Shown: piece after piece, positions 26,801 through 31,734 of the stretch | Numbering within the stretch: the first letter of the stretch is position 1 | Layout: each line of letters begins with the position of its first letter | Source of the DNA: a virus | Taxonomy: Duplodnaviria > Caudoviricetes | IMG/VR virus record: IMGVR_UViG_3300025646_000196 | Coordinates: 1 to 31,734 of that record | DNA length: 31,734 bases | Reading direction: 5' to 3' (one strand) | The notes under the pieces: model-generated | Database searches by the model: none | The model's input: only the letters and a program-made list of their open reading frames with translations | What the model was told of the DNA's origin: nothing | Translations under genes and position numbers: made by a program

Positions 26801-28735
26801 AGATTATATATTGCAGATCCTGTTAGTGACTGGGTACAGCAGTATAACTTTAACAGCGACGGTATTATCCCAATCAATGGTAATTTATATATTACCAATG
26901 GTAACATTATATTCTACAATAACACAGCATACCTAGCAACAAATGCTAACGTAAGTTCGCAGACTGTTTTTGACTTTACACGTTATACCGAACTTAACAG
27001 TGGCAATGTATTATTAAATGCCGCCGACAGAATCACCAGTTATTATGTCCCTGGATACGGACGCCCAGCAAAAGATCTTGATCAGTTAATGTTCGGTACA
27101 GGTTATCCAGGTACTAGGGTTGAAGGTAAAGTATTCTCAGCTAATAGTTTTACACTTACAAGTAATATAATTGGATTTAGTTATACTGGACATAAGATTA
27201 CTAGTGCCAACACACAGCAAGTTGACTTTATTGAGCGTGGATTTAATTTAAATGATCCAATTAAGATTGAAGGTTTGTACGACAACTTTAACTTTGAAAA
27301 CAATGCCACATTTAGAGTTGTAAGTTTAGCACGTGATGAAATGATGTTATCAGGACAGCCAATTGAGAGTGTTGTTACATTATTCTTAGGTAATAACATT
27401 ACAGTTAACGCTGGTGACTATATCACACAAGCAAATAGTGTTGGTAATGCTCGGGTACTTCATAATTACACTAATCAGCCAAACATCGCTGTTATACACG
27501 AAACACAAGGCTTTACTAAACTTGACAGCAATGTTATTAGCATCAATGGTGTAACAACTACAGCTAATGTTAGAGATGTTCTAAGCACAGGCACTGCTAA
27601 TGTTAAGATTAGTAACTTGTATATTGACAATCTATTAGACAGTAACATTGTAAGTTTCTACACAGATACAGCAATTGGTACAAGACCAGAAGATATTAAC
27701 ATTGTTGGTGGTTTCTACTTAGATGGTTATAACAGTCACGCACCAGAAGAACTTGTTCCTGGTAGAATGTTTGATGCACTTGAAATGCGTGTGTTTACAA
27801 ACACAGCATCAAACACTGCAAGTTATGGCTTTAGAGTGTTTGAACCAATGAGCGGTGATAGACAGTATTATAGAATCAGTGCTAACAGTACAACAACGCT
27901 TAGTGCTAACTTGGCCGTAGGTGATGTAAACTTGTTTGTTGACGATGCAAGTGTACTGCCAGATCCAGGTGCCGCAGTTGGTATCCCAGGTGAAGTATTC
28001 ATTAACGGTGAACTTATTCACTACTATCAGAAATACGATGCCGCTAAGATACTAACAGCAAGTGTATGGACAGCAAATACAGAATTTGCTACAGATAGTT
28101 TAATTACGTTTGACAGCAATGTGTTCTTGGTATTAGGCAATGTATATGCTAACAGCACAAGTTATATTGACACAACAAACATTAAACAAGTTTACGTTAA
28201 CTCACTATCACAACTACGTCGTGGTGTTGATGGAACAGGTTCGCCAGAACTACACACAGCAAATACTCGCGTAGTTGATAGTTCATTGGCACAGGTACTA
28301 CCAAATATTGTACCAACAACCACAACAACATTAACAGGCGAAAAGACTGTAACAGCTAACGTAACATGGCGTGTTGGATTAAGCAAAACTATCAGTGCAA
28401 ATATTGGTGACTATATGACAATGACCAGCCCTGCGGCTAATGTAAGAATACTGGACACAGTTGCTAATGCTAACGTAGTAGCAGTACACTTTGTCAGTGG
28501 TAACTTAACAATCGGAAGCACTGCTAACGTACTAATTAACGGCACTGCAACACAGGCTAATGTTGCAACAATGCAGATATTAGGTGCGGTTGAAAGCGAT
28601 GGAAATGTCAGTGTTACTGGCAAGACAATTAAACAGGACTACTTATGGAAAGCATATGGCACTGGTGATACACTAGAGTCTAGCACTACAGAATGGGCTA
28701 CTTGGATTAAAGATGAGAGGAGTTATACTCCATGA
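14816..28735 (+). CDS. Giant multidomain baseplate wedge/adhesin (gp7-like), 4639 aa
   Basis: Uninterrupted 13.9-kb ORF after gp6 with SD AGGTGA. N-terminal FLPSIFQT..KKFL and IKPYKT (~25511-25528) resemble gp7/gpI wedge motifs. Contains GGxGY modules, CBM5/12-like motifs, an FCCH-like domain (~21460-21600), seven FG-GAP repeats and five DGxKxY propeller repeats. Confidence 0.75.
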   Translation: MAVIKTHSFLPSIFQTDTNKKFLNATLDQLVSEPNLIRVDGYIGRKLAPSYKSTDSYVSEPSTDRQNYQLEPGVVIQNSVTKQISFATTYQDTLNRIGYHGGLTNNHNRLFDNEFYSYDPKVDLDKFINFSQYYWLPQGPDSVLVSSSNVPREKTYTVTYNTTNNEYIFTDNNNIPNPKITLARGGTYKFIIDEQNNNFWLQTKPGISGTDPDRPNLTTRTILGVNNNGEDQGTVTFKVPLEDAQVRFTGMTISGNADYATNLAFSQVIGAKPQDLIDLYGGIDGPVRYLDGTTVAFINLAYIDDQFWVNTQRTVDGVAYFDQSNLVTMAERTSIYTISLQPDSNGDDRILLFPVTTVADETKIRVVGGEANAAKEYYKRLNVFNEVPPITANLPVLYYQSGSDPDAVGFIRIIDTESHTIDPDIEILGKINYTSPNGIVFTNGLKIRFDTSVVSAYQNKDYYIEGVGTAIRLIDADQLIAQEDINKSFIVDGGTGYAIGDKLAVVGGTYTEQAKVYVDTIDANVATASGTINSFTGALTEIEVVNGGSGYLSAPDVTISPAPFGGTNATASATVTNGVVTAITITSGGSGYDTIPSITIDDPESGPITGFSVYRRGKYSVLPTNSVEVTGGTGSGARLEIYLQPMDANYVTINRSSLDSNPWSRSNRWFHLDVLSRTAIYNSTDVVFNQTQRAQRPIIEFKADYQLYNSGAVAKKHVDQLDTTITNAFTQVNGIVCIDTEKLTVGSLTLFDGDRIIFANDVNNNVRNKIYDFSIELASESPSDLYKAYLVEATDAIVEQRNTVLVLSGTNGGKQWHYNGTSWTTSQIKSQSFQEPLYDLIDTSGVSFSDTTTYNGSVFSGSKLFAYRRGTGSNDAILGFPLSYKNFANLGDIQFDNNFDSETFTYLLSSGDIETKKHNSGYLQKNISVTEVARENIWAINKNFSRQYQVYNFTYTGESNLFPIDALPDTSLNQPNIKVFVNNQTIDSTNFATTQVVDRYAILVNSEILTVGDAIFVAVFNQNAVQNSAYYEVPKNLDINSLNKNLSTLTLGQMRNHLITLKNNALNVVGSVPGNSNLRDITYSNNGGSILQHSSPAIYSNLFLNHPTMNFVDAISLANREYTKFKDKFLELSANLEIDLNDISGSVDAIINKIHEVKNESFPWYYSDMVPHGTTDRVELPPYEIYDPELLTYEITRIFDDTTPSNKAVFVYLTRRANNVTTKVLLVKDRDYTFNKDRPAITFTSSFRLLFNDKINIVEYNNTDGSWVPETPTKMGMFPKFYPEKYTDNTLRTPVPVIQGHDGSLTPAFNDFRDDLLIELERRIYNNIKVNYDINTFNLHDYIPGKFRPTDYTRQEFNQIISQKFLAWVGTNRLDFSTNTHFKSSDPFTYNYKNFTDIINGESLPGTWRSVFRHFYDTDRPHTHPWEMLGFSQKPSYWEDRYGPAPYTGGNNVLWSDLSLGYIHDGERAGFDLRYQRPNLSQFIPVDEAGNLRSPNETLVTDFDSAQANSSYAVGDIGPAELAWRRSSEYPFAVHLALALAKPGRYFGLQLNTKNYKRNSWTSQFEINLKGQHLTPQEVMVHGYTDSAGTVERTAGYINWIRDYVKNLGVGDASGTIKTNLKLLDVRLVYKVAGFTDKKFIELLAEQNSPTSVTDSVLIPDENYRLELHSGAPVSRISYSAVIVEKSPNGYSVSGYDLTNPYFSIIPSEPNNNSYVVTSGTQRGVIYRDFKKSRFTIPYGFEFNTKQQVVDFLVGYQRFLIAQGFIFKDRDVDLQEQKDWILSVKEFLHWSGQGWRNGNIIVLSPVSSTLRVYNQSAVVGHVVNDSTHNRVLDLNFKAITKNNFTVNRESSLFTFTSNSQQTVGFAEFGMIQYEHLLILDNVTDFNDVIYVPELGNRQYRIKLSGSKTGSWNGSLELPGFIYSSDKIDSWQAGIDYLKGTIVQYKEKYYTALKNIVAASTFQTTSWKQIAKEELRSGIINNFATNAQQGINYYDIHNQPVNEGIQLFSNGLIGFRDRDYFTNLGLSTTTQAKFYQGLIKNKGTLNALNALEGAVFGNLSSDIDWYENWAVRVGEYGALDSNYFTEVELDESLFDSNPSSLQLIGNGVTEQDDIIGYSEHDIYKSYGVYDPNFLRTETLDVPNPLKPLPVAGFANLDDVDRTLFDLNNYEDLSSVVNEIRTGYKIWVARDFTENWNVYRASIIRGILFAMRHQVDDQVEVIHNRDHGLTVGDLVVIKNFDTRFDGVYKVNTVIDTTRFTITLTQNLQSLVDEQAVAGTGTLYVFTTLRVDIPSQIQTVYPVQGWVEGDKIWVENLDANGNWGVYNKNSPWVNNDKLQLERSKLYGDDDFGSVVDLDPDSGQVLYVGSPGSVLGRGQAASFLRSSTNTWSFATSFSASANDRVNSFGKSIANADGILAVGAPDSVSGTGAVFIYRNGEHQQIITHPTGASTYKFGESVALSRDGLYLYVSEPGNATVYCYAIQSREVESETITGDGFTDTFTLGFSSDNAIDLLVIPVLKTDNEKLPTIDYTVSGNDIIFDAGAIPALLENISIVKRQFYYKLIGSVTGPAGINFGVSISTNRYGDVLTVGANERQVDSVEKEGSAYVYHRTITEFTTDGISSTYTAPDSFNTNYYRVTLNGTEMVDGTDYYTVSPASIQFGEFSVPTIGQKLRFETNQFELDQTITAYNQGLIGQRFGQKVELCGSGCNLYITSPEYFTNTYTRGAVYRYLNVGRIFGEVVGEYKVGTTVTTPTVTPGHGMIINDRYVQFSSSSLAHVVAQINDADIPGITAEIVANGSTSQLKITSDVVVANEKLAIKTASGSTAITDLGLDLYKFAQIITHPNNEGEKFATGFALSQGVGKLVVGSDGGDVTVDTTFDKSKTETTFDSGSTTYVLLVEDSGAVYVYDLMDNPYATPNNPSLFAYSQKLTGTDLQTGYNFGSDIAIVNNMMVVGAASDFNLVTGGGSAYSYYNESSKSGWELLRYKEPRVAIDAINSAFIYNKRSQTIFNYFDILDPAKGKILGIVDQELDYIEDYDPASYSTGTSANIILNTSFYWSDQHVGKIWWDTSKASFIDYEQGTLAYREKNWGALFPGSSVNIYEWVESEFLPSQYVEAGGDGIPKHEDDTAYTIVNSVDPASGIIVQKYYYWVSGRTSVDVNKSLRTLSTSTLEKYISNPKDQGIVYLAALAPNSVSVFNVASRLSAKDTVLHIDTSVLSSDNLIHNEYSLIQQNNPTSIVPTKVINKLKDSLIGADVSGRVVPDPTLNPQNQIGILTRPRQSLFVNRVAAVKVFVTKLNSILKNHPVLLINSTKNLYTEEAKPTEYDAEVNSFTEISYLDTTEFADGYKLLIPVDTRYDGKWSLYTFNGETREFELTKVQSFKTELLWTPTDWYDSSYVDGHDINYTVNTYGEIQALTLAEDYYVKVNDDGSGRWLIYRINADATRTLIAAQSATVSVSTSLYDPTVGGTGFDASVFDVVAFDPQSNVELSDIFNAVFDELLTDSLAVEFNNLFFSMVNYVFEEQQAPDWIFKTSFIDVVHNLRTLDQIPNYVKDNTSFYEDYINEIKPYKTKVRDFQPTYTKLDEATGTWTDFDVPARYFSADESYRSPNIQISSESTYFDADLYKPYRDNYKLTVGEIIVGNAGVRYTLPPNIAITGGGGSGAEAVSTVNPATGTITSITVTKTGSGYTSTPTVIVNGLGEGGTAYPIMRNDGTHPHMLVRSIDSTIKFDRITYSSNVTQWQANTAYENTIVVDGNNANCYDLNRIEYDSYIGVGSEDIDVTDLFFKPDGTKMYVTGNNTDTVYEYNLSTPWEIDTASNIAIANVYTQDSSVQGVYFRSDGERMYTIGINTDSVYEYRLATPWSVNTAANISVKSIVSEEASARAVEFNNDGSKMYILGTLSDTVFEYDLTVPWLVSSASYSSRSLYVGSEENIPTGMRFRQDGKELYIVGQQYNKIWSYVLTTPFDVSTATVHNSSDLETTQPTGLYLRADGTRLYIADPVSDWVQQYNFNSDGIIPINGNLYITNGNIIFYNNTAYLATNANVSSQTVFDFTRYTELNSGNVLLNAADRITSYYVPGYGRPAKDLDQLMFGTGYPGTRVEGKVFSANSFTLTSNIIGFSYTGHKITSANTQQVDFIERGFNLNDPIKIEGLYDNFNFENNATFRVVSLARDEMMLSGQPIESVVTLFLGNNITVNAGDYITQANSVGNARVLHNYTNQPNIAVIHETQGFTKLDSNVISINGVTTTANVRDVLSTGTANVKISNLYIDNLLDSNIVSFYTDTAIGTRPEDINIVGGFYLDGYNSHAPEELVPGRMFDALEMRVFTNTASNTASYGFRVFEPMSGDRQYYRISANSTTTLSANLAVGDVNLFVDDASVLPDPGAAVGIPGEVFINGELIHYYQKYDAAKILTASVWTANTEFATDSLITFDSNVFLVLGNVYANSTSYIDTTNIKQVYVNSLSQLRRGVDGTGSPELHTANTRVVDSSLAQVLPNIVPTTTTTLTGEKTVTANVTWRVGLSKTISANIGDYMTMTSPAANVRILDTVANANVVAVHFVSGNLTIGSTANVLINGTATQANVATMQILGAVESDGNVSVTGKTIKQDYLWKAYGTGDTLESSTTEWATWIKDERSYTP
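21857..23731 (+). repeat. Seven FG-GAP (integrin-alpha-like) repeats in the giant protein
   Basis: FGSVVDL..VGSP; FGKSIA..VGAP..GAVFIY; FGESVAL..VSEP; FGVSIS..VGAN..GSAYVY; FGQKVEL..TSP..GAVYRY; FATGFAL..VGS..GAVYVY; FGSDIAI..VGAA..GSAYSY. Confidence 0.8.
26138..26850 (+). repeat. Five ~51-aa tandem beta-propeller repeats in the giant protein
   Basis: FFKPDGTKMYV..YNLSTPW; YFRSDGERMYT..YRLATPW; EFNNDGSKMYI..YDLTVPW; RFRQDGKELYI..YVLTTPF; YLRADGTRLYI..QYNF. Confidence 0.88.
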
Positions 28736-28745
28736 TAAATTCCCA

Positions 28746-28753
28746 GATAAATA
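28746..28753 (+). promoter_or_regulatory. T4-type late promoter for the distal baseplate/fibre genes
   Basis: GATAAATA(CTGAA). Its 12-nt ATAAATACTGAA is identical to the site before gp6, and both sites lie 23 nt upstream of an ATG. Confidence 0.75.
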
Positions 28754-28776
28754 CTGAAGATACGGAAAATACTAAT

Positions 28777-29439
28777 ATGCAAACTCTACCTGAACAATCA
28801 GATCTTGAGCGTAAACCCGACGAACAAAGCGGTTTACATGTACAAGGTCATATTAAAATCTTTGACCCAGAGTCTGGGGAAGTATTCATTGACAAGCGCA
28901 ATGCTATTCACTATGAAAACATTAGTGAAGCAATAGCATACAGCCTTGCCAATAAAGGACAAAGTTACATTTACGAAATGCACTTTGGTAATGGTGGTAC
29001 AAGTGTCGACCCAACTGGGGTAATTAACTACTTGCCATCAAATACCAATACCAGCAACAGTAACTTGTACAATCCAACCTTTGCTAAAATTGTAGACAAT
29101 ACCAGCACACTAAATGCTGATTCTACACGTAACAAAATGGAAGTTAGACATACACCAGGTAGAGTGTATACAGATATACTAGTTAGTTGCTTACTCGATT
29201 ATGGTGAGCCAACAGGACAAAGCGCATTTGATAACTCAACATCCCTTGATGATACATATACTTTTGATGAGCTTGGGCTTAAAGCACGTAGTACAGATGG
29301 TACAAGTGGACTAGCAACAACCGGCAAGTTATTAACACATGTTGTATTTCATCCTGTACAAAAATCATTAAACAGATTAATTCAGATTGATTATACAGTT
29401 AGAATACAAACATTAACTAACTTAACTAGCCAATTGTAA
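28777..29439 (+). CDS. Baseplate/tail-fibre attachment structural protein (220 aa)
   Basis: Pattern GHIKI..NAI..MHFGNGG..FDELGL..LLTHVVFHPVQK..IQIDYTV resembles fibre-attachment (DUF3751-like) domains. Start moved from 28732 to ATG 28777 because the late promoter lies between them. Confidence 0.62.
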   Translation: MQTLPEQSDLERKPDEQSGLHVQGHIKIFDPESGEVFIDKRNAIHYENISEAIAYSLANKGQSYIYEMHFGNGGTSVDPTGVINYLPSNTNTSNSNLYNPTFAKIVDNTSTLNADSTRNKMEVRHTPGRVYTDILVSCLLDYGEPTGQSAFDNSTSLDDTYTFDELGLKARSTDGTSGLATTGKLLTHVVFHPVQKSLNRLIQIDYTVRIQTLTNLTSQL

Positions 29440-29451
29440 GGGTAAAGGGTC

Positions 29452-30573
29452 ATGTCATATAACGTAAGCAAAACAGATGGAACAACAATATTAGTATTAG
29501 ACGGTACTAAGAACACTACCGACACTAGTCTAGTTTTGTTTGGTCGCTTAGTACAGAATTACGGTGATCAAACAAACGAAAACTTTGTTCACCTATTAGA
29601 AAATTTTGCTTTAAGCACTAGCCCAGCTAATCCAATCACTGGACAACTTTGGTATGATACCAGTGTGGATAATATTAAAAGTTATGATGGCACAGACTGG
29701 ATCACTGTAGGTACAAATATTGCAGGTAATGTAGATGTTGCTGGTAACTTAACTGTTGGTGGCGGCGGTAATTTAGAAATTAAAGAATTAGACGGGTTAG
29801 TACATATTACTAACACAAACAATAATGGCAATGTTGCGTTCTTTGCTAATGTAGGCGGAACATATACCAATGTTTTAAACATCAATGGAAGTACTGGACT
29901 TATTGATGTGTTTGCTAATGCATCAAGCAACATGGGCATTACTACAAAAGTTTATGTAGACAGCACAGATGCTAAAAATAGATATGACGCTGATGTAGCA
30001 ATGACAGCTAATGTTGTCGCTATCCATGCAAATCTTACAGCAAGAGTAAACGCAGAAACACAGCTTACAGCAGACATCACAGCGGCCAACGTTGAAATAG
30101 ACACAACACAGGCTAACATTGGATCATATCAGACATTTTCAAACGCAAGAGCAGATACAACCAGTGCTAATTTAGGCACAGTAGTAGGTACAACTATCCC
30201 TAACTTAGACGCTAATGTTGGTAGTTTCCAAACATACGCAAACGCAAGTATTAGCACAATAAATTCTAATGTTGACACAACTAACACCACTGTCAGCACT
30301 CTTAGTGGTAGACTTGACAGTGTTAACCTAGCACAAACTGCCGCACTTACAGCAAATATTAACATAAAAGCAGATATTGAGTCTCCAACATTTACAGGAA
30401 CACCGGTTGCACCAACACCAGCTTTTGGTGCTAACACAACACAAATTGCTACTGCACAATATGTAATGACACGTAGCGTATTTTGGGATGGTAGTAGAAA
30501 GTTTGTTTCGACTAGCGATCCAACTGATAGCGATGGCGAAGACGGTGACATTTGGTTTAAGTATACCCCATAA
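29452..30573 (+). CDS. Tail fibre protein (373 aa)
   Basis: N-terminal NYG..NENFVHLLENFA..P.NP..GQLWYD anchor motif, Ala/Asn/Thr-rich coiled coil, fibre repeat SPTFTGTPVAPTP..NTTQIAT..YV and C-terminal DGDIWFKY. SD AAGGG. Confidence 0.8.
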   Translation: MSYNVSKTDGTTILVLDGTKNTTDTSLVLFGRLVQNYGDQTNENFVHLLENFALSTSPANPITGQLWYDTSVDNIKSYDGTDWITVGTNIAGNVDVAGNLTVGGGGNLEIKELDGLVHITNTNNNGNVAFFANVGGTYTNVLNINGSTGLIDVFANASSNMGITTKVYVDSTDAKNRYDADVAMTANVVAIHANLTARVNAETQLTADITAANVEIDTTQANIGSYQTFSNARADTTSANLGTVVGTTIPNLDANVGSFQTYANASISTINSNVDTTNTTVSTLSGRLDSVNLAQTAALTANINIKADIESPTFTGTPVAPTPAFGANTTQIATAQYVMTRSVFWDGSRKFVSTSDPTDSDGEDGDIWFKYTP

Positions 30574-31734
30574 TGACAACTAAAAAAATTGTAAAAGAAT
30601 TCACATTTAAGAAAAACAGTAACTATGCGTCTGGTGTAGTACCTCGTACGTTATTTGGAACCTGGCCTAGTTTTTTAAACACTTATGGAGTATGGCCAAA
30701 CTACGGTAACGGTGTAGAAAATCACATATTAAATTTTACGTGGACTCCTGTTAAAGGTGGTGTGTATACTTTTACTGCGACATGTGATAACAGTTTTCGT
30801 TGGGAGATATCAAATGCTCGTGTATATGTAGGACCTCTTCAACAAGAATATACTCGAAATGGTTATGCACTTCGCTCACCTTTTCGACCAGTTGGGTATT
30901 GGCCTGGTGTATTGGGTGGACTAGCACAACCTAAAGAACATTTTGCCCAAATACTTAGCGGTAATAGTTGGCAAACAGTTTATAGCACTGTCCCTAAAAC
31001 AAATTATGGCGGCGATTCTAGTTCAATTGCCCAATTCCGCTCGGGACAACAATTAGTGACATCAGAGTTTCTTTCTAATAACGGTAATATGGGTCCTGTT
31101 CAAATGCGATTCCATGTTAGAAACGATGGAGGTCCGGCAGCATTAGCGGCAACAATTACTAATAGTGACGGCGTAGTTGAATGGAGTACTCGTGATGTTT
31201 ACCAAAACGATGCTACGGGTCGATATGTTAACGGAAGTTTTCCTTTTTCGTGTACAATGAATGTGCATGGATGGGGCGGAGGAGGAGGCCACGGCGGCAC
31301 AGATAACCAGTCTGGTGGTGATGGCGCCAATGGTAGTTATAATACAAAAAGTATAAACATTGAACGTGGTGATAACGTCGAAGTGATTGTAGGTCGAGGC
31401 GGCACAGTAGGTATTGGCGGAATAGTACCACCAATTGGCCGTGGCGGCGATAGTAGAATTAACGTAGGTAGCGACGGTATCAAGTCGTTTAGTGGCGGCA
31501 ATGGCGGCCAAGGAATATTAGCAGGATCCGGTGGCGGTGGTGGCGGAGCCAGTATTATATTGGTAAACGGTGAAGTTCAATTTGTAGCCGGCGGTGGTGG
31601 CGGTGGTGGCGGAGCCGGCATTGCTTGGCCAATTGGTGGAGGGAATCTACACCCAGGACGTCGTGTACCAAACTGGGAAGGTAAAATTCCAACTTACGAT
31701 CCTTGGAGTGATGCTAATCCAAATGATCAAGCAT
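30573..31734 (+). CDS. Glycine-rich adhesin / receptor-binding protein (gp38-like polyglycine domain) with lectin-like N-terminal part; runs off the window (at least 387 aa)
   Basis: Absent from the ORF track. Manual translation from the TAATG overlap is open to the end: MTTKKIVKEFTF..WPSFLNTYGVW..YTFTATCDN..NDGGPAALAATI..VHGWGGGGGHGG..VEVIVGRGG..SGGGGGGAS..VAGGGGGGGGAG. Confidence 0.8.
   Translation, partial: MTTKKIVKEFTFKKNSNYASGVVPRTLFGTWPSFLNTYGVWPNYGNGVENHILNFTWTPVKGGVYTFTATCDNSFRWEISNARVYVGPLQQEYTRNGYALRSPFRPVGYWPGVLGGLAQPKEHFAQILSGNSWQTVYSTVPKTNYGGDSSSIAQFRSGQQLVTSEFLSNNGNMGPVQMRFHVRNDGGPAALAATITNSDGVVEWSTRDVYQNDATGRYVNGSFPFSCTMNVHGWGGGGGHGGTDNQSGGDGANGSYNTKSINIERGDNVEVIVGRGGTVGIGGIVPPIGRGGDSRINVGSDGIKSFSGGNGGQGILAGSGGGGGGASIILVNGEVQFVAGGGGGGGGAGIAWPIGGGNLHPGRRVPNWEGKIPTYDPWSDANPNDQA

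Noticed and set aside
28732-28776. Upstream ATGA-overlap start for the 235-aa ORF
   Set aside because: The late-promoter copy lies inside this stretch, favouring ATG 28777. Some coupled translation from 28732 cannot be excluded.
2188-31511. Other short ORFs overlapping the main genes (e.g. 2188-2373, 3509-3748, 7775-8107, 16363-16713, 16575-16769, 30129-30551, 31143-31511)
   Set aside because: They lie within well-supported genes and are explained by codon bias; there is no independent evidence for them.
1-31734. Stop-codon reassignment, inteins, introns or DGR elements
   Set aside because: Genes tile densely under the standard code with all three stops used. No intein, homing endonuclease, reverse transcriptase or template/variable repeat pair was seen by eye.

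Overview
This AT-rich window is a segment of a large T4-like tailed phage genome using the standard genetic code (genes end in TAA, TAG and TGA). The left 3.8 kb (minus strand) encodes the late sigma factor gp55 and the Mre11/Rad50-like pair gp47/gp46; gp46 runs off the left edge. The remaining 28 kb (plus strand) is a tightly packed contractile-tail baseplate and fibre cluster. In order, it holds a tube-initiator-like gene, LysM gp53, a 1144-aa hub, gp5 spike, a stand-alone lysozyme-like protein, gp25, an enlarged gp6, a 4639-aa gp7-like wedge/adhesin, a small conserved baseplate protein, a fibre protein, and a glycine-rich adhesin that runs off the right edge. The most interesting signals are: (i) a gp55-type late promoter lying antisense inside the spacer of the predicted sigma70 promoter of gp55 itself, a possible negative-feedback switch; (ii) promoter geometry predicting leaderless mRNAs for gp46, gp47 and gp25; (iii) a ~165-aa insert in gp55 with an acidic tract at the position of the sigma70 non-conserved region; (iv) repeated nested insertion of adhesion domains in the giant wedge protein and terminal adhesin. 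All assignments come from reading motifs by eye; no database search was run and novelty is unverified. No tRNA, rRNA, CRISPR array, intein or mobile element was recognised.
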